A stretch of DNA of 63,475 nt, filler included, from Hyphochytrium catenoides (taxonomy: Eukaryota > Protista > Hyphochytriomycota), in NCBI GenBank assembly GCA_900088475.1. It is 7 parts of 7 records of this genome, joined end to end, with 100 filler letters (N's around TTAATTAATTAA, not from the genome) between each part and the next. Parts side by side here need not be neighbours in the genome. Positions count along the whole stretch, not along the records: positions 1 to 18,580 come from FLMG01001988.1; 6 more parts are not named here. The stretch is one strand, 5' to 3'. Of this stretch, positions 1-10,901 are shown one piece after another. The stretch's first letter is position 1. Each line of letters opens with the position of its first letter. The position numbers and the translations under genes were made by a program. Under the pieces are notes generated by a model. It had not been told where the DNA came from. It searched no databases and worked only from the letters and a program-made list of their open reading frames with translations.

Positions 1-3000
1 AGACGCACAAAGAAGCAGCAGCAGTGGTCCAGTGAGGGCCTCCTCGTCGTTACTGATGGCTAGAGTTGGAAGCTCCTTTGAGATTGCCCAAATTTCCCCT
101 CATGGTCGGTCCTCTATTCCGCCGATAGCCAACTCTCGTGAGGCCCATGAACCTGGTACAAGGCCAGAATAAGACTTGACTTTCTTACCTTTCAAGGGAT
201 GTGCAGAGTCGTGTTTCTCCCATCTCGTCCCCTGTCGCTGTTAATCCTGACAATGAGAGTATGTGGAGAACCGCGAATAGCTGGTTGTGCCCATTATTAT
301 CAAATGCTAGAGGGATGAGCAAAATAGCGTAGATGCAGGAGCAGAAGATCAGAGCCAGGAAACAATATGAGATACTGCTGCAGCTGTGAGCACGAGCAAT
401 CGTCATCATTATGTGCGTTTTTCCACCCTTGTTGCCCACTGCTTTTGTTTCTCTCTCATCTTCCACTCATTCCTTTTCGGCCTCGGCCTCCAATATCCTC
501 CGTTCTCTCAGATCATCTTCTCCATAGTGTACCGTTGATGGCAGGTATGTAGGCCACCTCTTTCCATAGACCTGACGTCAAGATCAACGCGAGACCCTCA
601 GGCATCAGATTTGAATCCGAATCTGAAAGATGTTATCTTCAGAGTTAGACTGGGTGAAAAGATATCTCAACCAGCTATGCGAGTCCAAGGAAAGCGACGT
701 TCAGAACAAGGGGTTGATATAACCCTCATGCAAGGATAACGCGGGGGAGACCGGGAGAGTAAGAGCGATCTTTCCATATAAGTACACCCGAATGGTAGGA
801 TGGTCATCTACCAGTCAGAGGAAAGCTAGCTAAGGTTCTATTTCCTTACCGAATGTACTCATCACAGCTGTTTGTGAGTGAGGATCACTAGACTGTGAAG
901 CAGCCGCTTTTTCCAGACGAGGCCCCAGACCTTCAGTGCAAAGGCTATCCAGTCCCTTAAAAATATCAGGGGAGCACAAGCAGAAGAGGAGGTAGACGGA
1001 CCGTTCACAAGAGAGAGAGAGAGAGAGAGAGAGAATGCCAGATGAGATACCGAGTTATGGGAGTCCTGTGCCAGCGAGAGGAAAACAGGTCACCGACCTT
1101 AAAAATGTGGTGTTGTTCGCCAGGGAGATGGGTAGTGACGAGACTTGCTAAGGATAGTGTAGAACAAAGGCTAGACACATTGAATGTTAAAGCTTGCCGG
1201 AAGAGCATCCGGAAGACCAGCAAGTTTCCCATAGACGTGATGGTGATGTATGCCTGAAGAAAGAAATAGCATAAGAGAGAGAGAAAAAGAGAGGAGGAGT
1301 ATCTACCGCTTCACAGCTTCCTGCCATCAGCTGTCATCCCCACACCTATTCAAGCCATTCTATAGCAACCAACTCTCTTGTGTCTCCCTGAGTCGAGCCT
1401 ATGTCTTAGAGTAACCGATGCTCTCCGCGCCATGCGCAGGGTAAGCTATTTGGCCTCTTTACTCCCAACTTCCTACTTTCCCTAGGCGTAAAAAGGCTCC
1501 ATGTCACTGTTTGCCTGCTTTCCGGTGCAAATTCTTTGAGCACATTCACTCCTCACAGCACTTATCACACTATGTGTCAGGCAGTGAACTCCACCCTTCC
1601 CTCTTTCTTTCGCCTGACCCTGCTGCACCTACCTCCTCCAATCCTTGGAGTACCCGTCGCTGTTGTTCAACCTCAGTGAAGCTCATGGAAGCCTTAAATG
1701 ACTGGACCGCACCGGTATTGACTGTCTACATAAAGGATAAAGGAGCAGATATTCAATAGACTGGGAAATGGGAGACGACCAGGAAGAACCAGAAATTCCC
1801 TATGATGCTCATGATAAATAAAGGGGAGACTACGAGCAGAGTATTCACACTGTGACACCACTCGTCACCCGGAAAGGATAAAATCTCAAGGATATCCGGA
1901 CTCCGGAGAAAGTAGCGTAACAGCTGGAGAGAGAGTACAACAGCAAATTGTTTGAAGACTGTCACGGCGCTGTCAGCTAACACCTCACCAAAAAGTCCAT
2001 GAACTGCTTTGTCTTGGCATCTATCAGCTTCATAATCTCATTGTCAACGTACTTCACGCCTTCTGGGCCTGGAGAGTTATCGGAAATGGATTGTAAGAGA
2101 AGACACATAAGCGATTGGTGATGTATGTTGATAAGGAGAGCCTCATCAACTGCATCATGAAAACAGGGTCAAAAAATGTGGATGGGCACAGGGACAGGTG
2201 GCCAAGGGTAAACATAAACCAAGGATAGAAGCACATCAACCCTATAAGATGGTGCAGATTATTAGGCACATAACAACCAAGGGAGAGAGGGATGACCAAG
2301 TCGTCCGTGGTCCCACCAAGCATCATAATAAGTCCCGCTAGCTCTGTCTTAGATAGAAGAGAGCCAGTAAAGACGTCCCGATCTTCAACCCGGACCAGCG
2401 ACTTAAAACAAGGAAATGTGATGCACATACATTAGGGAGAAAAGCAGACGAGCGCTGAAGTCAGTCATTTGAAAACAGAAAGTTATGGAAGAACCTATCA
2501 AAGATAGCTCCAGGAAGAAAGGCTGCTGTCAAAAGGAAAGGTTGGGCCACATTTACCTGTTCGGAGTACGACAGCACTATCCCACAGAGAGGAGACATGG
2601 AAGAAGATGCTCGGTCTCTCCGCTGTCCACAGGCAAGCTTTTCTACCAGGCGCAACAAGGAGCGACTAACTGCTGCAAAAAGATGTTCCTGTACCAAGGT
2701 ATGTGAGGCTTAACATGAGGTAAGAGGAAGCATCGAGATCAGCGAGGCTATGGCTTGATGATAGAGCAGGATCCTGAGGCAGGCGTCAAGAAGCAGGGAA
2801 CGCAATAAAGACGCAGAGTCAGAGACATGAGACACTAGACCACCTTCTTCTCATATGTTACTCCTTTCAAATGTCCATGAAGAAGACAGAGACGTATGGT
2901 CTCTGAGATCAGCTCTTACTTGCAGGGCAGATCTGATAGAGATGACGATGCTGAAGATGGACTGAGGGCAGAGATCACTAGAGTCTCAGTCCAGTAGTGT

Positions 3001-6000
3001 AGCCTGAGATAGAGATATCGTGGAAGGAAGGTATAAGCAAAAAAGCGGCAGAAGAAGAGCAAGCGAAAGTGGATTGAGAAAGCAGGGAAGCCGGATATTA
3101 AGATCGAGCAGACATCAGCCCGCGGTACAAAGTGCTGAGTAAACTAGACTTCACCCGGCGCCTTCTTTCTTCCTTCCCCTGTTCCAGCGAGATATGCTTT
3201 CCTTCTCACTCATGCCTTCACTGCGCCTGGATCTTCTCCATTGAGCTCTTCGTCTCCAGTCCAAGCTACCCTACTCTAAATACGCTGCACCTCCCACTCT
3301 GCCAGCCGATGGTGGCCGCTTGTAGAGCAAAATAGGTCTGGTCCCAACTTCTGCCTGCACTTGTCCTAACGAAATCTCTTTCATCTATCTTACCTATCAT
3401 TGAGGAAAGCACGGAGCTCTTGCTTGAAGCTTATCTTGTCCAAGAAACTGGGGGGAACCTTTCGGTCTATCAACGGGCACAGACCACAGAGGAACACCTG
3501 CAGGAAGACAGATAGAGTGGAGGTGCAGCTGAAGTAAGATCTACTGCCAAGGTGTGAGACAGAAGTGTAAGAGGAGCCGAAGAGGGCCAAAGGGGAAGAA
3601 AGGAGGACGAAATGGTCAGAAGCAAGAAAGAATTGTAACTTTTACCAGTTGTTGATGGGCAGAAGCGAGCTTCTGTAAGTTTCCTACTCTCAGCAAACTC
3701 TCGGCTCCTGGGAGACTGAAATGTGGTGCTACCTAGGAGGGCAGAATAAAGAAAGATAAAATGAGAATAGAAGATGTTGCTACTGAGGTGGAACCGCGAA
3801 TGCACGTGACAATAAGCTCATAACCTAAGAGAGGGGTTCTGGACGTACTTGGAGACGGGAGGAATGTTGGTAAGATGGAGAGATGGAAAGGAGGAAGAGT
3901 GAGGGCAAACAATACCCTGTCTCTGCTCTCTGTCTTCCGCTGGACCATCCGATAAGCTTGCTGACACAGCTCCGTAGCCATTTGCACACTACAATTGCCG
4001 ACAGTTAGCCCATAAACTTGTGGCCCACCGGGACGGAAAACCGGGGAACTTGCATGAAAGTGACTCTGAATGGGCATACGAAGCACAGAAACGTTGCGTG
4101 GCTGAGTGGGAGTCAGAAGCTGCAAGCCCAAGAAGAGACGGAACGAGCACGTGATGAAGACAGGTCGTGGAGTTGGAAACCTTCCGTGATAGGTAAGAGG
4201 AGGAGTAGAGAAGTGGTAGTGAGAAGTTGGTGGACCTCGTCTGCTCTCCTAATCTGCTGAGCTCTTCATAATAAGTCTGGAAAGAGATGCTTATCTGCTG
4301 GATTACGAGGCTTGCCACAGAGGATAGAAAGTCATGAAGGTCCTGCGTCAGATGCTGTTGCCCATGGTTGCACAAGTGATTGTTGGGAAGAGGCAGTTAG
4401 AGTCACCTCACCCAAAAAAATCCAAGCATAGCGTAAGCTACTAATGACCTCAAGAGGGACCTCTCAAAGCAGTCAAAGAAAAGGTTAATCCCCGTGTAGT
4501 AGATGCTGAAGGGCACGAAGAAGATGAAAGCACCGCATCTTCTGTGCTTCGACAACGGGGAGGAGACTGAGGAGAAGATATGGGAAGTAGATAGCTATCC
4601 TGAAGGGAAGTATCAGAGTAAAAGCTGTGCAGGAGAGGGAGAATAGGAGAGAGGAAGATAGTACAGCGCCTGAGCAGTCTGCAGCAGAAGATTTGCACAA
4701 AGTGGGTGGAGGAGTATGAAAGGGATGGAGAGATTGGTGAACATGAACCGATCTGGACTGTCTTTCTCACCTCTTTCTCTCCATTGTCTACACCTCTCCG
4801 GACAAAATCAAAAGCCAGGGTAACTGCTCCCACGACGCCAGCGCAGTAGCTGATCTCGCCTTCTTTCCCTTCCTTTAGCAACCGTTTCAGGGCAAGGAGC
4901 ACAGAAGCTCGCATCCACCAGATCTTTGATTACATTGGGAAAAGCGGTAGAGCGACAGAGGCAAGTTGAAGAGAGAACGAAAGAAGAGCAATAGGAGCGG
5001 AAACGAGAGAGAGAGGGAAGAGAGAAGAGAAAGACCGAGCAAGCGAGAGGGGAGAGTTAGAGCGATTCATGGAGAAACGGAGAGACAGCTGAGCAAGAGC
5101 ACCCGCCGGTTGAAAACCATTTCAGCAGATGTACGTATCCATCGATACACGCGTAGCTCTTCTGTCCACCGCCACCACTAGCGGCCGAACAATTCTTAAC
5201 TCTCCAGCTTTTCCTCATGAAACCATCGCCAACTATCTAGATGTTTCTCTCTCTTGTTACTCAAGCTCACTGTTTCTGTCTCTATTTCCTACCGTCTCTA
5301 GCTGCTTTATCTGTCTTAGGACAGAGGAGAAGTCTAGAGCAACTTGTAGACTCCGCTCAATGCTTGGGACCAAGCCAACTAAGGCCTGAATTATGGGGAT
5401 AAGGCATCGTCACGGACAGGACATGTGTTCTACTGTTAGCGAGGGGCTGCAAGATCAGGTGACGGTAGGGGAACGTGCTAAGAAATTGACAGTAGACGAA
5501 CCCTCAGAGCAGTGAACGGGTATGAGGCTGGAGGGAGAAGTTGGAAACAAAAGGGCGCGAGATGCGCAACATACTCTAAGCTGGAAGAGAACAGGAATAA
5601 CAGGAAGAAGAGAAGGGAGATAAGACCTTCCATGGCTCCTCTCTTAAGATCTCCGAACCCTCCAAAGCACTGTGAAGCTCCTTTACAGTTTTCAGCAGTG
5701 CGAGCAGTGTCTGCTCTTGTCCCTTGCCTTCCGCTCCGGCTGCCTCTTCTTTGGCTCTTGTCAACTCCTGGTTCAGACTTAACATCTGCCGCACCAGCTG
5801 ACTGAGCCTTGAGTTCAGGGCACTCTGACTTCCAACTGCGACAGGTCGAGTTAGAGCATATAGAGAGCCAACAGGAGATAAAGAAGCTCTAGAAACGTGA
5901 ATATGGTCAGGCATGGTCGTGTATGGATTCAAGGACTAGGGGAAGAGGAGTAACAGCACCATCATGTCAACTATTTTTCTTTATCTTCAAGCCCAACCCT

Positions 6001-8194
6001 TACCCCGGCTGTTTCTCCGCTATTCCCTTCTCCTTCTCTGCCTCTTTGCCTTACCATCTTCTATGGTGGACATAGCTTGTGTCAAGAACCCGCAAAGTGG
6101 CCCCTGCAGCTTATTTATGTGAAGCAGGCGCACAGCTAGCCTCTGCCCGTCAAGACAATCATATAGGGAGGATACCTGGCAATGTCAACGAACGAGTGAA
6201 AAGGAGAGAGATGGAGAGAGAGTGAACCGTACTGGAATTAATGCACGCCCGTCTGGAAGGAGAGAGAGAGATACAAGAAGTCACTGACAGGGAAAGAAGA
6301 CTGAAATCATTACGACGACCCGGGAGAACATGCCCCTTAGACGATCGTGGAAGCCAATAGTAGAACAGAGAAACAAGTAGAAGATAAACCCTGAGGCTCC
6401 CAGTGAATGAGGGGACGTCGACGAGACGAAGAAGGGATTGCAGGGGCCAAGGAAGGAGAGTAGACCGACGAAAGAGCGAAGTGTTTGCGAACCTCGTTAA
6501 GCAGTTCAGGAAGTTCCGGCGCTAAGAAAGGAGACGAGGGAAAGTGTTTTGCTTTCACGCTATGAGGGCCAGGCCTCCCTTCATGAAGAAGTGCCCAAGA
6601 GACCTCCGAGGCCGCACAAGACAAAAGAGAGAAGAGCAGCTGCAAGAAGAGCCTTAGATCTTCACAGAAGAGCTTCAGGGAAGACCTCTCTTGCTTTTCA
6701 TGTCGTCGAGCGACCTCTTCACAGGTTGACCTTCTCTTTCCCTCCTCTCTGTTGAATTCTTACCTCTAAATGCGATGCAGTCATCTCAGGTGAATCCCTA
6801 ACGAGAGAAGTGGAAACATGAAGCATATGAAGAAGAAGGCGCCGCTGCTCTCGGTGTTTATACCCCGCGATAAGGACGGCGCGCTTGGATACAATCCTGA
6901 CGGACAAGAGAGAGAGAGGGAGCGCGAGAGAAAACAAGGAGAGAGAGGAACAAAAAGGAGCACGTAAGCAAGGAGCCCGATCTAGTGAGGCAGTGGCCAA
7001 GACTTGGGGCTTGCACAACAGCACTCAAGCCCATTCAGAGCCCAGAGCTTACGGGACAAGTGAGAAGCAGTGAAGAGAGTGTTGCTCAATGTCAGAGTAC
7101 GCAAGTTAGGGGAAACGAGGGAAGGCATAGACCTTAGGGTCTTCTTAAGCTTCTTGGTGTTCGATGGATGGTGCTTAAAAAGTGAGGAGGCGAGTGAGTC
7201 CTGGAGCTCATCATGATAGCTGACACTCTGCATGGAGAGACAGTGATAGTGTGAATATGCCGCTTCAGCAAGATCCAGCACGACAGCTACGTCTGCGGAA
7301 GACAGCAAAACTCAGGCTAATGAACCTCTTACAAACTTCTTTCGTTTACCAGCTGTCGTCCCAAGTGCAAAGCGAATCCGTCAGCGCCGACGAGCTCGTA
7401 CAGCTCAATGAGCTCTTCGCGAAAGAGAGCACCTGCCAAAGTGCAAGTGTGAGAGCTGCTCCACGAATACGCAAAAAGCAGCTAAAGCTACTCTGAAAGA
7501 CTATCAAAAGACAGGATCATAGGCGAAGACATGGCGCGACAAACGTAGATCACTGTGGAAGAGAAGAAGGAGAAAAAAGCCCCAAAACTGCGTTGACGCT
7601 GACGTTAAGTTCCAAGAACATGGTGAATGACAGGGTATGAATCCCAAGAAAGCAGTGAAAAGACCGCTATGGAAGATTTAGCCTACTTATGAAGAAGGCT
7701 ATGGTACCTGGGCAGATGAGAAGAGAGGTCAGGACGAGCTCCTTGAGCTCTGACAGGCGCTGCAAGTCGATGGACTCCTGCTTTTTAGGCCCGGTCGAGC
7801 AGGGAGAGGGAGGTAGTCGTTGGAAGACTAAGTTGCGAGCTATCTAGCCGAAGAATCTGTCCAGCAATATGGAACGACAGAGAAATGGAGCCCACGGAGC
7901 CCTAATAACCTTGGACATCGACTGCGAACAGAACGAGACTCATGCCTTACCTCTGTCGAGTGGTTTTTCTTCCCAAGAGAGAGCAGAAGATCTATCGGAT
8001 TGGCCTCTCTCAACTCTTCTTCAGTCTCTGTCAGTGCCCTGATGGCGGGAGCAAGCTCACACAGCAAAGAAGCAATGAAGTTGACAATCTCTTCTCCTGC
8101 AAAGTCGGCTTGGAAGCACCTTAGCGGCCTAGGACCCAAGAGCCATTAAGATGATATATGCCTGGTTCCGCGGGTAGAGAGACGGACAGACACT

Positions 8195-8261
<67 letters not shown>

Positions 8262-9710
8262 GAAGAAACGGTACGAGAGAGTGCAAGGGGAAGACGAGAC
8301 TGGACAGAGGAGAATGCTATTCAACAAAGGAAAGGCTATTGTCTAACATCGAAGAAAATAAAGTGAGGGCTACGCACTTTTCATAGTGAGTGGCCATGAA
8401 GCTGCATACTTCTCTCTCTTCTGCTCTCTTCTCTTTCTCTCGTCCCTCAGGGGAGCCCAGGCGTAAAGAGAGAAGATACAATCCGACCAGGGCCTTTATC
8501 TCAGGAAGTTGGACCCAGAGGAGACTCAACTGAAGACACAATCGCAGCAGGCGAAGGATGCTCTGTATAAAGCTTGAATCCTGCCGATGAAGAGAGAATT
8601 ATGAAAGGCACAAAGAAGAGCAGGAGAGTTCGAAAACCAGGACGATGAGCAAAGGAGAGCACATGCTTTCTCTTGTTAGTGGAAGCATAGTAAAACGGGA
8701 GAGACGAGAGATAGGGAGAGAGAGAGACTAAGAGAGAGAGAGAGAGAGCAAGAGAGAGACGATTTTCCACCTTACGATCCCTCGGGTCCTCTTTGGCCAG
8801 CCGTAACATCAAGCGTTGGACATTCTTCAGGAAGCGGAGAAGGGCCCGCAGCTCGTCATAAAAGACACGCAAAGGGCCGAGAGAGGCCATGAACTCTGAA
8901 GCAGTAGCTAACCAAGGAATCTGGCCAGGGGAGAGTGCCAAGAGCGAGGGAGGAAAAAAGAGGGAAAGACACCGTGTGCAATGAAAGAGAAGAGAGTGAG
9001 GGACAGAAAGAGAGTGAGAGAGAGAGTGAGAGACAGCGAAAGACAGAGAGAATGAAAAAGAGAGGGGGAGCGAGAGAGAGAGAGAGAGAGGGAGGGAGAA
9101 AGAAGAGTTAAGAGAACAATGTGGGAACAGAGGACAAAAGAAGAGAGAGACTACGGGGTGGAGAGGACACGAGAAAAGAGCAGAAAAGACAGAGAGAAGC
9201 AGTAAACCTTATGGTGTGTTAAAGGAACAACAACAGGGAGGGAGAGAAGAAAAAGAAGAGAGTGACGAAAAGTGAAGAGAGAAGAAGAGGAGCACGTAGC
9301 AACGCTATAACGTTGGACAATACGAGCGCCAATCTTTTCCTCATTGGCAGGAAAGCCAGGGAATGTCTTGAGAACCTGGTGCCGAACCTTCGCCAGCCTC
9401 TCGGAGAAGGCCACTGAGACAGCGAGTAGAAGAGGAGAAACACTTTCTATGTTCCGTGTTCCTCTCTCTTTCCTGCCTCTTCTCCCCCGAACGAGAGAGA
9501 GAGAATGCGAGAGAGAAAGGGAAGACGTGAGAGTATGCCTTCTCCCTCTTGAACCAGATCCTCTAAGAGACGTAACTTCACGAAGGGCGCCGCTAAAGAA
9601 GACACTGAGGATGAAGAGTTCAGGTCATCGGGTTGAACAGCGAAGAAAGGAGAGAGAGAGGGAGAGACTTGAAGAGAGGTGAGCTCGGCATTGTCTTTCT
9701 CCGCGCTCAT
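1..9710 (-). CDS. NCKAP1: Nck-associated protein 1 (NAP1/NCKAP1/Hem family), WAVE/SCAR regulatory complex subunit; multi-exon, divergent; 3' end at or beyond the window edge
   Basis: Minus-strand exons bounded by GT-AG match recalled NCKAP1 segments in the correct order: KLRLLEDLVQEGEGILSRL (~9580), VLKTFP (~9370), LRVFYDELRALLRF (~8860), EIKALVGLY (~8490), ALFREELIELY (~7420), AGYKHREQRRLL (~6860), LLFSLLSCAASEVSWALLH (~6620), SKTELAGLIMML|GPEGVKYVD (2350/2060), ITSMGNLLVFRMLFRQAL (~1230), YIPAIN|AFDNNGH (545/300). Candidate ATG at 9710. Exon borders are only partly resolved. Confidence 0.82.
8194..8257. repeat. (AG)n microsatellite, representative of very many (CT)n/(AG)n tracts across the window
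   Basis: Nearly perfect AG dinucleotide run inside a NAP1 intron; similar tracts border many of the N gaps. Confidence 0.95.
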
Positions 9711-10571
9711 GCTTCTGTCCGTCTGGAGACGCACTGCTCAGTATTCACAAGTACTGCTGAAGCGAAGCCTGAGGCCCAATTTGTCGTGTGAGAGAGAGAG
9801 GAAGAAAGGAAGACTACTTCCAGGGTGTTATCTTGTGATGCTCGTGCTCGCTGCTCGTACTGTTTCTTCCTATCATATATCTCTCTCTCTCCTTTCCTCT
9901 CTCGTTTTGCTCTTCTTTCTCTCTCTCTCTCTTTCGCTGCCTCTTCTCCTTCAAACCAAGTTTAGGGATCTGCATGAGAACCGCTGGTAAAATAAAGGTG
10001 GAGAAAGACTAAGAAGGGAAGGTGGAAATGGGGAGACAGACGGGAAAAGCAAAGCCGAGCTGAAGAAAAGAGAAAGAGAGAGAGAGAGAGAGAGANNNNN
10101 NNNNNNNNNNNNNNNNNNNAGAGAGAGAGAGAGAGGAAAAGAGAGAGAGAGAGAGACCAAGGAGAGAAAGCGAAAAAGAGAGAAGAGAGAGGGACGGAGG
10201 AGAGAAAGAGAGAAAGAGAGAAGAGAGTGTTGATGTTTGCATCTTGTGACGCTTCATCTTCCCCAAGATCAGATAGTCTAATCAGTCTCTTGATAATCAC
10301 GAGCACCAGTTATATCGAAAGATCCAGTATCTTTGGGGAACACTGGACTCTGGGACTTGGAATGTGAGAGAGGGGAAGAGGAGGGATGAGTTTGTGGTCC
10401 AGAGACCACTTGGAACTTCTCTCTCTCTCTCTCTCTNNNNNNNNNNNNNNNNNNNNNNNNNNNNNNNNNNNNNNNNNNNNNNNNCTCTCTCTCTCTCTGT
10501 CTTCCTGTCTCTCTGTCTCTGTCTCTCTGTCTCTCTCCTCTTTTCTCTCTCTGTCTCTCTCCTCTCTCTCC

Positions 10572-10603
<32 letters not shown>

Positions 10604-10685
10604 GTCTTTTTATCCCTTTCTCTCTGTTCGCTATTTCTTCGTTACCAGCTCTTTTCCCCATCTCTCTCTCGCTCTCTCTTTCTTT

Positions 10686-10727
<42 letters not shown>

Positions 10728-10901
10728 CATCTCTTTCTTTGTGGGTCTGCTTGAGTTCCAGGGAGGTCAGCCCACATCCATCATCATTGTAAAAGTCTCT
10801 GCAGAAGGATCGCTTCTGAGAGAAGTGCCCACAGAATCTCTTTGGTCAGTTGAAGAAAAGGAAAAGAGAAAGAGACTCAATCTTAGGATTCCGAAGGCGC
10901 A

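Noticed and set aside
200-5000. Degenerate LINE retrotransposon (GDSN, SDSH and RQGDPLSP-like fragments)
   Set aside because: The same DNA is explained by ordered, properly spliced NAP1 exons; the motif-like bits fall in introns or wrong frames.
6980-7800. LRR or F-box protein (LSELKELVL, PNLRTLTLS)
   Set aside because: LSELKELVL lies in a NAP1 exon and PNLRTLTLS in the following intron; there is no repeat periodicity.
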